A model generated the notes under the pieces. The model had not been told where the DNA came from. It saw only the letters and a list, made by a program, of their open reading frames with translations, and made no database searches. From an uncultured Dialister sp. (GTDB taxonomy: Bacteria; Bacillota; Negativicutes; Veillonellales; Dialisteraceae), in NCBI RefSeq assembly GCF_900314595.1, contig NZ_OMVW01000002.1: a DNA stretch of 64,000 bases, one strand, 5' to 3'. Numbering within the stretch: the stretch's first letter is position 1; every line of letters begins with the position of its first letter. The translations under genes and the position numbers were made by a program. Positions 8,898 through 18,685 of this stretch are shown here, in pieces.

Positions 8898-10244
8898 ATG
8901 TCCAGGGAAATAATTCACTTTCTGAATAAACTTCATAGAGGAGTTTTGATTTGCGGGGGATTTGCCCTTTTTATGCTGCTTGGGGCACTTCTTTTGATGC
9001 TGCCTTTTGCCCAATCTGGCACGAGAAGCATAAGTTTTATTGATGCTCTATTTATGTCAGTAAGTATTGTCAGTGTTACGGGTATGAGTATGTTTGATCT
9101 TGGGCGGGATTTCAGCCTTGCCGGTCAACTTATCATACTTTTTCTGATGCAGGTTGGCGGATTGGGGATAATGACCATTATGGCAATGGTCAGCATATCT
9201 ACCGGGCGTAAAATAAGGCTGCAGGAAAGGCTGTTAATCAGGGATTCCTTCAATCTTCAATCTCCTTCCGGAATGGTTATGCTTGTTAAAAAGATTATAT
9301 TATGGACTTTTACAGTAGAATTGATATCGGGAGTTCTCCTTTCTGTTTATTTTTGCTTCAAATTTGGATTAAAAGGAATTTACTTTGGGCTCTGGTATGC
9401 TGTTTCTTCTTTTACTACCTGTGGTCTCGATCTTATTGGTGAAAATATCGGCTTCCCCGGTATGGCAGCCGACAGTTTTGTAAGTACTGTTATTGTTGTC
9501 ACTATGTTTTTGGGAGGCGTCGGTTTTCTTGCTTTAGATGATGTAATCAGGCACAGAAAATGGTCAAAACTTTCGTTTAATACTAAATTCGTGTTTACGC
9601 TGGAATTCATCCTCATTCTGTCAGGGGTTATTGTATTTTACCTGCTGGAAGGGGATAATCCGGCAACTCTTGGAAGGCTTGGAACTCTTGAAAAATGGCA
9701 GAGTGCCTTTTTTATGTCCCTATCATCTCGTCTGGCAGGTTTTGCTGTATTTGATATCCATTCCATGATGAATCCAACTGTACTCGTGGTTATGATGTTT
9801 ATGTTTATTGGAGGTGCTCCTGTTTCTACTGGAGGCGGGATACGGACGACCACTATGGGTCTTTTAATTCTTTCCATGTTTGCATGGATTCGTGGCAGAA
9901 GAGAAGTTGTTATTTTTCACAAACAGATAGATCCCGGATGTCTTGTTAAAGCTTCTAATGTTTTTACTCTGGCGATGATATTAACTTTCTTTACAGCTTT
10001 TCTGATATTTCTGCTGGAACCAGCTGACTTTAATTTTGAAAATGCTCTTTTTGAGTCTGTATCGGCTTTCAGTACGGTGGGATTCAGTATGGGACTGACC
10101 GGGGAGTGGAATACATCATGCAAGATCGTACTGATTGTTGCTATGTATATAGGGCGAATAGGCGTAATGACGCTGGCGATTGCCTTCGCCGGTCATCATA
10201 ATAGATTGATGAAATATCCAAAGGAAAATGTAGTCATAGGATAG
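8898..10244 (+). CDS. ktrB: TrkH/KtrB-family potassium uptake membrane subunit
   Basis: A polytopic 448-aa protein with repeated pore-loop glycine motifs (VTGMS, TTCGLD, STGGGIRTTT, STVGFSMG), characteristic of Trk/Ktr/HKT transporters. Confidence 0.9.
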   Translation: MSREIIHFLNKLHRGVLICGGFALFMLLGALLLMLPFAQSGTRSISFIDALFMSVSIVSVTGMSMFDLGRDFSLAGQLIILFLMQVGGLGIMTIMAMVSISTGRKIRLQERLLIRDSFNLQSPSGMVMLVKKIILWTFTVELISGVLLSVYFCFKFGLKGIYFGLWYAVSSFTTCGLDLIGENIGFPGMAADSFVSTVIVVTMFLGGVGFLALDDVIRHRKWSKLSFNTKFVFTLEFILILSGVIVFYLLEGDNPATLGRLGTLEKWQSAFFMSLSSRLAGFAVFDIHSMMNPTVLVVMMFMFIGGAPVSTGGGIRTTTMGLLILSMFAWIRGRREVVIFHKQIDPGCLVKASNVFTLAMILTFFTAFLIFLLEPADFNFENALFESVSAFSTVGFSMGLTGEWNTSCKIVLIVAMYIGRIGVMTLAIAFAGHHNRLMKYPKENVVIG

Positions 10245-10255
10245 AGGTTATTTAT

Positions 10256-10918
10256 ATGGGACAGAAACTTCAGTTTTTTGTTGCCGGTTTGGGAAGATTC
10301 GGAAAAAGTGTTGCTGTAACACTGGAAAAAATGGGCTATGATGTTATGGCCATGGATATTAATGAAGATGTCGTGCAGGATTTATCAGATACGCTGGGAT
10401 ACGTAGTTTGTGCAGATTGTTCGGATGAAAAGAATCTGACAGCCATTGGTGCCGGTAATGCAGATGTGGCGGTTGTTTCTCTTGGCGATTTATCAGCCAG
10501 TCTAATGACAACCTTGATCCTTAAAGATATGGGAGTTAAAAAGATAGTCGTTAAAGCTCTGGATCCACTCCATGGTAAAATGCTTCAGAAGATAGGGGCG
10601 GATAAAATCATATATTCGGAAAAGGAAATGGGAGTCCGGGTAGCGCATAACCTGATTTCACCCGGGATTGTAGATTATATAGAAATGGAAAATAATATCA
10701 CCATCCTTTCTATTCATGTTCCTTCCGATTGGATCGGCAAAAGTATACTTGATATCGATGTCCGCCGAAAATATAATATTACTGTTGCAGCTATTAAACG
10801 GAGAGGAGATATGTATGTCAATCCCAGACCGGATATGGAAATGACATCAGATGATATGCTGATTATTTTGGGAGACTCAGAAAGCGTTAAACGTGTTACG
10901 GAAAGTCTGGAACAATAA
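10256..10918 (+). CDS. ktrA: TrkA/KtrA potassium uptake regulatory subunit (RCK-N plus RCK-C)
   Basis: A Rossmann GLGRFG motif sits at the N-terminus. The 220-aa size and the position right after ktrB match KtrA. Confidence 0.9.
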   Translation: MGQKLQFFVAGLGRFGKSVAVTLEKMGYDVMAMDINEDVVQDLSDTLGYVVCADCSDEKNLTAIGAGNADVAVVSLGDLSASLMTTLILKDMGVKKIVVKALDPLHGKMLQKIGADKIIYSEKEMGVRVAHNLISPGIVDYIEMENNITILSIHVPSDWIGKSILDIDVRRKYNITVAAIKRRGDMYVNPRPDMEMTSDDMLIILGDSESVKRVTESLEQ

Positions 10919-11161
10919 CGAAATTTTCGAAATTTCCGGTTGGTGTCAGTTATTGGCACTCCAATAGGTCTTCTTGAAATCATATAGGATTTTTGCTATG
11001 ATACGTATGATTCTATGATAGTGGGTTCTGAAACACTTTAAGTGGAAAAAATTATCAGATAAGATTAGAACTTGATTTAAAAATTTAAATAAGTAATGTA
11101 GATATCGTTACGTTAAAGCTGAACAGTCATATTGTAGTTTGAACAGTAGGAGTGATTCCTT

Positions 11162-12421
11162 TTGGAGAAATTAGTAATTCATGGCGGTCATCCACTTCGT
11201 GGACATGTTCGTGTATCCAGCGCAAAAAATGCGGTACTTCCTATTATCGTTGCCACATTGCTCCCGGATACGCCATCATCCATTGTAGATGCGCCAAACC
11301 TTGATGATGTAAGCACAATCTGCAGTGTTCTGGAGTCTTTGGGCGTCAAGGTTATAAAAGAAGATAATGTAATAACCTTTGACTCATCAATGCTGGAGAA
11401 TACGGAAGCTTCTTATGAACTTATGAGTCGAATGAGGGCTTCTTTTCTGATCATGGGACCACTCCTTGCAAAGCGTGGGCATGCCAAAATTGCCTTGCCC
11501 GGAGGCTGCATGATAGGAAGCCGTCCTATTGATCTCCATCTCAAAGCTTTTGAAGCGTTAGGCGCTGAAATTAATGAAAGCAATGGTTATGTGGAAGGCT
11601 TTGCTCCCCATGGGCTTAAAGGCACTACTATTTATCTCGATTTCCCAAGTGTTGGAGCAACAGAAAATATCCTGATGGCTGCCGCTACGGCTGAAGGCAG
11701 GACGATTATAGAAAATGCGGCGGAAGAGCCCGAAATCGTTGACCTTGTTACTTTTTTAAATTCCATGGGTGCCAATATCAAAGGCGCGGGAACTAATGTT
11801 ATTCGGGTCGAAGGCGTCAAGGAGCTGCAGGGAGTATCACATACTGTCATTCCAGATAGAATTGAGGCAGGAACTTTTATGATTGCTGCCGCTATGGCTG
11901 GTGGTGATGTGGTTGTTGATAATGTTCTTAAAGAACATTTAAAGCCACTTCTGGCTAAATTAAACGAGGCCGGGGTCAAAGTTATTACGGATATTGATAG
12001 TATCCGTGTGATTAGTGATGGGCATATTCGATCCACTGATATTAAAACACTTCCTTATCCCGGGTTTCCAACAGATTTACAAGCTCAATTTATGGCTTTA
12101 ATGACTATAGGAAACGGGATTAGTCGTGTGACAGAAACAGTTTTTGAAAATCGTTTTATGCACGTAGGTGAATTGCAGCGAATGGGTGCTTCCATTATGG
12201 TGGAAGGCCGTTCTGCTATCGTCAGGGGAGTTCCATTCCTTACTGGCGCATTTGTACGTGCAACGGATTTACGCGCGGGTGCAGCCTTGACAATCGCTGG
12301 TCTGGCGGCACGTGGTGAAACAGAAATAGGCGAACTTCACCACATCGATCGTGGATATGATCACCTCGTTGAAAAACTGCAGGGGTTAGGAGCGGACATT
12401 GTCAGAGTCGACAGGGATTAA
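11162..12421 (+). CDS. murA: UDP-N-acetylglucosamine 1-carboxyvinyltransferase
   Basis: A full-length MurA pattern: SAKNAVLPII, the catalytic-loop Cys in LPGGCMIGSRPIDLH, and DRGY near the C-terminus. TTG start. Confidence 0.95.
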   Translation: MEKLVIHGGHPLRGHVRVSSAKNAVLPIIVATLLPDTPSSIVDAPNLDDVSTICSVLESLGVKVIKEDNVITFDSSMLENTEASYELMSRMRASFLIMGPLLAKRGHAKIALPGGCMIGSRPIDLHLKAFEALGAEINESNGYVEGFAPHGLKGTTIYLDFPSVGATENILMAAATAEGRTIIENAAEEPEIVDLVTFLNSMGANIKGAGTNVIRVEGVKELQGVSHTVIPDRIEAGTFMIAAAMAGGDVVVDNVLKEHLKPLLAKLNEAGVKVITDIDSIRVISDGHIRSTDIKTLPYPGFPTDLQAQFMALMTIGNGISRVTETVFENRFMHVGELQRMGASIMVEGRSAIVRGVPFLTGAFVRATDLRAGAALTIAGLAARGETEIGELHHIDRGYDHLVEKLQGLGADIVRVDRD

Positions 12422-13493
12422 TCTTATTTCCCGAAAATTCAGGATATCCAACCCAAATTCTCTCATGGATTGGATAGGTTCTTTCGGCACAGAAGATATC
12501 GGAGTAGATATAGGAACATCTAATACGGTCCTTTTTGTAAAACATAAAGGGCTGGTATTTCCAGAAGCTTCCGTGATAGCCAGAAATGATTTGACAAAAG
12601 AATATTTTGCCTTTGGAACAAAAGCAGAGGAAATGGAAGGGAAAACTCCATCAGCGGTCAGGGTTATCCGGCCAATGAAGCAGAGTGCAATTATTGATTA
12701 TAGTGGTGCCGCCTATCTTCTGAACTGTATCGTTAATCATTCTTATTTAAAAGGACTCTTCTTTCATCCTCGTCTAATGATGTGTGTTCCTACTGGTATT
12801 AATGGTGTTCAGCGCAGGGCACTCCTTGAGGCGGCTGTTGCTATTGGAGCAAGAAAAACAGTCTTGATTGATCAGCCGATCGCGGCCATGATGGGAATTG
12901 GGATTGGGAAACAACCGAAAGAAGGAACCATGATTGTGGACCTCGGGGGAGGTTCTACCAAGATTGCAGTCTTGTCTAAACATGGTATTGTGGCTAGTCA
13001 TTTTTCTATTGCCTCAGGTTCAGAAATGGATCAGGCAGTGCTTAATACGGTGAGGGATAGGTACCATATACTGATTGGACGCAAGTCGGCAGAGAGTCTT
13101 AAAATTGCTCTGGGGGCCCTGTGGGATTTGAAGAGTGGTCCACAAATTGCTGAGATAAGCGGATTATCTATTGTTTCAGGACTCCCTGTTAAAATGGCAG
13201 TAACAGGAGAAGATATTGCTCATGCAATCAATCCTGTTTTGTATAAAATATTTAAAGATATCCGGGATGTCCTCCAGCGGACTCCACCATCTCTTCTTCA
13301 AGCCATTAAGGAAGACGGAATTATCCTGGTAGGGGGAGGAGCTCAACTTCGCGGGATTGATAAACTTATTTCCCGTGTCATAGGGGTTCCTGCTTATGTT
13401 GCTGAAAGGCCGTCATATGTTAATGCAGTGGGAGCAGGTTCGGCCCTCGATTACATTAATGAATTTCGGGATTCTCTCCAGGATCTCCATTGA
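12399..13493 (+). CDS. MreB/Mbl-family actin-like protein (paralogue)
   Basis: Actin-fold phosphate motifs are present (IGVDIGTSNT, DLGGGST, LVGGGAQLRG). The start is ambiguous: TTG 12399 has an AGGAG RBS and overlaps murA, while ATG 12465 gives a canonical MreB N-terminal length. Confidence 0.85.
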   Translation: MSESTGINLISRKFRISNPNSLMDWIGSFGTEDIGVDIGTSNTVLFVKHKGLVFPEASVIARNDLTKEYFAFGTKAEEMEGKTPSAVRVIRPMKQSAIIDYSGAAYLLNCIVNHSYLKGLFFHPRLMMCVPTGINGVQRRALLEAAVAIGARKTVLIDQPIAAMMGIGIGKQPKEGTMIVDLGGGSTKIAVLSKHGIVASHFSIASGSEMDQAVLNTVRDRYHILIGRKSAESLKIALGALWDLKSGPQIAEISGLSIVSGLPVKMAVTGEDIAHAINPVLYKIFKDIRDVLQRTPPSLLQAIKEDGIILVGGGAQLRGIDKLISRVIGVPAYVAERPSYVNAVGAGSALDYINEFRDSLQDLH

Positions 13494-13680
13494 ACAAAGT
13501 AAAAGGCAGCAGGAATGCTGTCTTTTACTTTGCCATAAACAAGAATTCAGGATATGAAAATATTATGCAAAAAATTTGAAGAACGAAAATATAGAAAGAA
13601 TTATCAGGAAAATATTATTTAAGCGTGGTAAAATAAAAGCAAAACAACTATTTATTCGTCTTAATGACAGTGAGGTACTT

Positions 13681-13971
13681 ATGAATAGAACAAAAATAAT
13701 TGGATTGACCGCAGGAATTGCTGCATTGCTTGCAGGCAGTGCCGGGGCTGCAGAAATTTCTCAGAATGCTGTGATTTCAGGAATGGTCACTTCTGTAGTT
13801 GAAGCGAATGTCCACGTCAAGGAAGGACAGGTACTGGCTACAGTGGATTCACTGGTAGGGCCTGTGCCTGCGGCAAGGGCAGATTCAGATGGTTTGGTGA
13901 AGAAAGTGCTTGTTACTAAAGGACAGCAGATTGGCAAGTCAGACACTGTAGTTATTATTGAAACTGAATAG
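13681..13971 (+). CDS. Small secreted protein with a biotinyl/lipoyl-like (barrel-sandwich hybrid) domain
   Basis: A signal peptide (IIGLTAGIAALLAGSAGA) is followed by two half-motifs, GMVTSV..V.VKEGQVLATVDS and DGLVKKVLVTKGQQIGKSDTVVIIE. These resemble the split lipoyl domain of membrane-fusion proteins, but without the helical hairpin. A GTGAGGT RBS precedes the ATG. Confidence 0.5.
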   Translation: MNRTKIIGLTAGIAALLAGSAGAAEISQNAVISGMVTSVVEANVHVKEGQVLATVDSLVGPVPAARADSDGLVKKVLVTKGQQIGKSDTVVIIETE

Positions 13972-13986
13972 TTCAGGGAGCAGACA

Positions 13987-15921
13987 ATGCATGTGATTTT
14001 GAAAAAGAACATTAAAAGACTGTGCATTTCTTTATTCCTGTCTTTAAATTTAATTGTTCCGGCTTCGGCAGCTGCTGAGGAATTTATGCCTCTTGCAGAA
14101 GTCCGGGAGGGCATGCATGGATATGCAAAAACGGTGATTCATGGCACCCGGATTGATACTTTTGACGTCGATGTACTTGGGATTATGAAAAACAAGGGCG
14201 CTGCCGGTGGTGATCTTGTGCTGGTGCGCGTTTCCGGACCTGTCATTGATGAGTCCGGCGGGATTGCTCAGGGGATGAGCGGAAGCCCTGTATATATAAA
14301 TGGCAAACTTCTTGGGGCGATAGCTTATGGTTTCCCGCAGTCAGATGGCAGGATTGGCATGGTTACTCCAATTTCAGATATGCTTCGACTGTGGACTGTA
14401 GATAATAGCAGAGACAAGAATGTTTTGAATCATGCAGATGGATTTATTCCGCTGGAAACTCCAATCATGGCCTCAGGCTATACATCAAATGGCATGGCTT
14501 TCCTGACTGGTCAAATGAAAGATTTCAATATGGTACCCTGTTCAGCTGCTTCAACAATAGCGGATGACAGTCCATTTCCTCTGGAAGCAGGTGGATCCGT
14601 TTCTGCAACTCTTGTAACCGGGGATTTAAAACTTGGGGCGGTAGGGACTGTGACTTATGTAGATGATGACCATGTGGTAGCCTTTGGTCACCCTTTTATG
14701 AATAAAGGCAGTTCGCATTATTTTATGCACAATTCCTATATATTTACTGTTATACCCAGCAGAAATATTCCATTCAAACTTGGCTCAGTCGGAGCGGAAA
14801 TTGGTACAATTACAGAAGACCGCGGAGCCGGTATAAGTGGAATTAACGGTAAAATTCCCCAATCCGTCCGGCTTCATGCCGAAGTGAATGATCTGGACAC
14901 AGGGAAAACCGGAAACCTGAATGTACGAATGATACAGAACGAAGCGTTGCTGCCAATGCTTTCTTCTACATCTGTTTATAATAATGTCAGCAATACATTG
15001 GATAGGACTGGTGAGGGCACAATTTCTTTATCCTATACTCTATTCCCTGAGAATATGAAAAAGAAGCCTTTTACCCGCTCAAATATGTACTGGTCCTCCA
15101 AAGATATTGCCGCCAGAAGTGTAGATGAATTGTACAATGTGGTAAGGATTTTGGAACAGAACCGGTTTGAGCCATATAAGCTGCGGAATATTGCCGTTCA
15201 TATGGATGTAACGCAGAATAGAAAAACTGCCAAACTTCTGGATGCATCTGCCGCTCCTACTGTGGTGAGTCCCGGTGACACTATTTATGTACGTGCCAGA
15301 CTGGAACCCTGGCGTGGAGAAATCTTTTACAAAGAGTTGTCTTTCAAAGTCCCTGAGGACCAGCCTTTGGGAAATATGATTCTCGAAGTGAGAGGTGGAG
15401 GGGTGACACCACTTCCATATCTTCTCCAGCAGCAGAAATACAACCTTACCGATGAGATTCTTGAAAGACTCCGGAATTATGAGGATTTTGATGATCTTTT
15501 TGATAAACTTGAAAATGAAGACAAGAACAATCAGATTGTTGTTGAAATTCTGGACCCCAATGTCAGTATGATATCCAAGGATGAAAGCGATGGGGCTAAA
15601 GCGGAAATTCAGGATAAGCGTCCTTCAAAATCACCGGAATATCTGAAAGGAGAGTCAAAACCTGTAAGAGGAAACGATAAGGAAGATGATTCACCAAAGA
15701 GCAGGGTAGATACGAATTATGTCATTTATGGGGACGGGCAATTTACATTCCATGTTATGACCCCTGATGATAGAGATAGAGAATTAAAAAAATTATCACA
15801 TTCTAATAAAAAGTTGTCAGCTGAAATGAAAGATAGTGAAAAGAATTCTTCATCTGGTGAATCAGAGAGAATTAAAGATTCAAAGCAAAATAATTCATCC
15901 GGTCCGATCAATAAAAATTAA
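13987..15921 (+). CDS. Secreted peptidase S55 (SpoIVB-type) domain protein with a low-complexity charged tail
   Basis: A signal peptide is present. GGIAQGMSGSPVYINGKLLGAIAYGF closely resembles the SpoIVB catalytic-serine block (GMSGSP). The C-terminal ~130 aa are K/E/D/S-rich. Confidence 0.8.
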   Translation: MHVILKKNIKRLCISLFLSLNLIVPASAAAEEFMPLAEVREGMHGYAKTVIHGTRIDTFDVDVLGIMKNKGAAGGDLVLVRVSGPVIDESGGIAQGMSGSPVYINGKLLGAIAYGFPQSDGRIGMVTPISDMLRLWTVDNSRDKNVLNHADGFIPLETPIMASGYTSNGMAFLTGQMKDFNMVPCSAASTIADDSPFPLEAGGSVSATLVTGDLKLGAVGTVTYVDDDHVVAFGHPFMNKGSSHYFMHNSYIFTVIPSRNIPFKLGSVGAEIGTITEDRGAGISGINGKIPQSVRLHAEVNDLDTGKTGNLNVRMIQNEALLPMLSSTSVYNNVSNTLDRTGEGTISLSYTLFPENMKKKPFTRSNMYWSSKDIAARSVDELYNVVRILEQNRFEPYKLRNIAVHMDVTQNRKTAKLLDASAAPTVVSPGDTIYVRARLEPWRGEIFYKELSFKVPEDQPLGNMILEVRGGGVTPLPYLLQQQKYNLTDEILERLRNYEDFDDLFDKLENEDKNNQIVVEILDPNVSMISKDESDGAKAEIQDKRPSKSPEYLKGESKPVRGNDKEDDSPKSRVDTNYVIYGDGQFTFHVMTPDDRDRELKKLSHSNKKLSAEMKDSEKNSSSGESERIKDSKQNNSSGPINKN

Positions 15922-15963
15922 AATCTCCGATTGATTTGTAAAAAATAGAAGGGAGGGGTATGC

Positions 15964-16725
15964 TTGGGGTTCTTGGAATTACTTGGCCATTATACTCTCA
16001 GCATTTTTCATCAGCTGGGAGCGGTTATACTGCTTTTGGTTCAGGCACTTAAAGAGTTGGGAAGTCTTCGCATTAATGAAACCTGTAAGCAGTGCCTTGC
16101 GCTAGGCGTACTTTCCTTTCCTATAGTGGCATTGACACTCCTTTTTACAGGAATGGTTCTTTCCGTGCAGATAGCAGGGGAACTGACCAAGTATGGTGCT
16201 GATTTTACAGTAGGCGCAATCGTGGCAATAGGTATTGGACGTGAATTGGGACCTGTATTGTGTGGTGTAGTACTTGCCGGCAGGGTGGGTGCTGCTATTA
16301 CAGCAGAAATTGGCACTATGAGGGTAACTGAACAGATAGATGCCCTTCGTTGCATGGCAGTAAGTCCTGTGGGTTATCTCGTAGTTCCTCGTCTTCTTGC
16401 CTGTATGTGCATGCTTCCTCTCTTGAATGTATTTGGCGTTACCATTGGTGTTGGCGGAGGTATGATTGTGGCATCTTTATCTCACGGGGTTTCTTCCTAT
16501 GTGTTTATGCATTCCATTCATACATTCTGCGTTCCATCTGATTTATACATTGGAGTCCTTAAATCTGTGGTCTTTGGCGCTATCGTGGCTCTTGTTGGTT
16601 GTGACAGAGGTATGACCTGTACAGCCGGAGCTGAGGGGGTAGGTAAAGCCACAACCCAGTCAGTCGTTTATTCCATCATTATGCTTTTTGCGGCAAATTA
16701 TCTTCTTTCGTCGATACTCTTCTGA
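15964..16725 (+). CDS. mlaE: Mla-type ABC transporter permease
   Basis: A 253-aa polytopic protein with the MlaE/Ttg2B pattern (GRELGPVL..AGRVGAAITAEIGTMRVTEQIDAL). Confidence 0.9.
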   Translation: MGFLELLGHYTLSIFHQLGAVILLLVQALKELGSLRINETCKQCLALGVLSFPIVALTLLFTGMVLSVQIAGELTKYGADFTVGAIVAIGIGRELGPVLCGVVLAGRVGAAITAEIGTMRVTEQIDALRCMAVSPVGYLVVPRLLACMCMLPLLNVFGVTIGVGGGMIVASLSHGVSSYVFMHSIHTFCVPSDLYIGVLKSVVFGAIVALVGCDRGMTCTAGAEGVGKATTQSVVYSIIMLFAANYLLSSILF

Positions 16726-16733
16726 GGACTGTT

Positions 16734-17495
16734 ATGATTGATATAAGACATGTATACCAGACCTTTGGTACGAGAAAAATCCTGAAGGACGTGAGCCTTA
16801 CAATCAGGGATGGAGAAACTATGGTCATCCTGGGGGCTTCGGGTTCAGGAAAATCAACCCTTTTAAAACTGATTATCGGTCTCCTGAAACCTACTTCAGG
16901 AGAAGTTCTCGTTGATGGAAAAGATATGGCTCTTCTGAGCGAGGCAGAACTCAACCATGAGCGCCGCCATATGGGTTTTGTATTTCAATATTCTGCCCTT
17001 TTTGATTCGATGAATGTAAAAGAAAATGTGGCTTTTGGCCTTCGAATGCATACAAAACTTCCTGAAGGGGAAATAGACAGGATTGTCAAAGAAAAACTGC
17101 ATCTGGTAGGACTTGATGGTATAGAAAACCTGATGCCTGCGAATCTTTCCGGCGGCATGAAAAAAAGGGTGAGTCTGGCCAGAGCTATAGCTCTGGAACC
17201 AAGGATTATTCTCTATGATGAGCCGACGGCCGGACTTGATCCTATTCGTTCCACCGATATCAGTTTATTGATTAAAAATACACAGAAAGCCATGCATGCA
17301 ACAAGTGTCGTAGTTACCCACGATCTGAAGTCAGCTGAAATGATTGCTGACCGGATGGCTTTTCTATATAAAGGCTCTTTCCTGGCCATTGGCAGACCTG
17401 ATGAATTGTATCAATCGAAGGATCAGAGAGTTCGACAGTTTATGGAGGGTCTGCCATCAGACCCGGATTTTTTGAAGGAAGGTGATGTTGGATGA
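16734..17495 (+). CDS. mlaF: Mla-type ABC transporter ATP-binding protein
   Basis: Walker A (GASGSGKST), the ABC signature (LSGGMKKRVSLARA) and Walker B (ILYDEP) are present. Confidence 0.9.
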   Translation: MIDIRHVYQTFGTRKILKDVSLTIRDGETMVILGASGSGKSTLLKLIIGLLKPTSGEVLVDGKDMALLSEAELNHERRHMGFVFQYSALFDSMNVKENVAFGLRMHTKLPEGEIDRIVKEKLHLVGLDGIENLMPANLSGGMKKRVSLARAIALEPRIILYDEPTAGLDPIRSTDISLLIKNTQKAMHATSVVVTHDLKSAEMIADRMAFLYKGSFLAIGRPDELYQSKDQRVRQFMEGLPSDPDFLKEGDVG

Positions 17496-18649
17496 AATGG
17501 TCTACTGAAGCGAAGGTAGGTGCTTTTTCATTAGCCGGAATCGTTTTGTTTGCATTGATCATCATCCAGCTCAGCAGTCTTGTTATATTTGGGAAAAGCG
17601 GCTTTCATGTGACAGGCTATTTTAAGGAGGCAGAAGGCATTGAACCGGGAAATCCTATCCACTATGCAGGTGTTGAAGTAGGAATGGTAGATGGTATTTC
17701 CGTAGAAAACGGGGAAGCCGTTCTAAAGCTCCGATTTTATAATGAAGCAAAAGTACCAAAGGATGCGGATTTTTCCATTCAGACCAGCAGTGTGATGGGC
17801 GGTCGGTTCGTAAAAGCTTCCGGTGGACATCAGGACAGGGGATACCTGTCTGACGGAATGACTGTGGAGGGGAAAGCGGTTCCCGGCATTGATCAGGCAA
17901 TGGATAAAATGGATAAACTGATTAATTCTGCTCAGACCATGCTTGATGGAATTAATACGGTCGTAGGAGATCCTGCATCTCAGAAAAATGTGAGAAACAG
18001 TCTTAGTAATTTTGACGCCGTATCCCAGAACCTGGCTATCTTGACTGCTCAGGGGATACAGACGGCTAATGAAATCGAAGGCATTACTGCACAGATTAAT
18101 TCCATGCTTTATCAGCTGAATGGGGATGGTAAAGCTGTGGCCGATGCAAGGCAGATTATGGATAATCTGGCAGTGGCATCGGAAAATGCAAAAGCTATTT
18201 CCAGTGATGCCAAAAATATTTCCGGAAAAATTAACGGAATTATGAGTGGAACAGGCGATTTGGGTATATCTGTTTCCGGAGAATTGTTATATAATACTAA
18301 GAAAGATGATTTTTCACCAAATCTGTCTCTCCGTTTTGGGAAAGACAGTTACGGAATTCTGGGGATAGAATCCGCAACCAATGATCCCGTGTATGATGCT
18401 ATGTTTGGCCGAATGAGAGGGAGCTACGGCATTCATGCAGGGATTATCCGAAACAAGCTTGGCCTGGGAGCCGATTATGAGAAAGACAGATGGAAGTTTA
18501 CAGCTGATTTGTTCGATCCGAATGATGTATCCATGAGGATTGGCGGAAAATATGCGCTGGATGATCATTTCTTTATTACCGGTCAGTCGATATTCCCACA
18601 TCGCCGGAGAGGTGGCGGAGAATACTTCGGCGTCGGTTACAACTTTTGA
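17492..18649 (+). CDS. mlaD: MCE-domain protein MlaD with a long helical region and a beta-strand-rich C-terminal extension
   Basis: An N-terminal TM helix and an MCE domain (aa ~35-120) are followed by a helical region and then ~130 aa of alternating-hydrophobic strands ending YFGVGYNF. The ATGA arrangement overlaps the mlaF stop. Confidence 0.85.
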   Translation: MKWSTEAKVGAFSLAGIVLFALIIIQLSSLVIFGKSGFHVTGYFKEAEGIEPGNPIHYAGVEVGMVDGISVENGEAVLKLRFYNEAKVPKDADFSIQTSSVMGGRFVKASGGHQDRGYLSDGMTVEGKAVPGIDQAMDKMDKLINSAQTMLDGINTVVGDPASQKNVRNSLSNFDAVSQNLAILTAQGIQTANEIEGITAQINSMLYQLNGDGKAVADARQIMDNLAVASENAKAISSDAKNISGKINGIMSGTGDLGISVSGELLYNTKKDDFSPNLSLRFGKDSYGILGIESATNDPVYDAMFGRMRGSYGIHAGIIRNKLGLGADYEKDRWKFTADLFDPNDVSMRIGGKYALDDHFFITGQSIFPHRRRGGGEYFGVGYNF

Positions 18650-18685
18650 ATAAGAAGACATCTGTCTTAGAAGGGATGAATTTTT

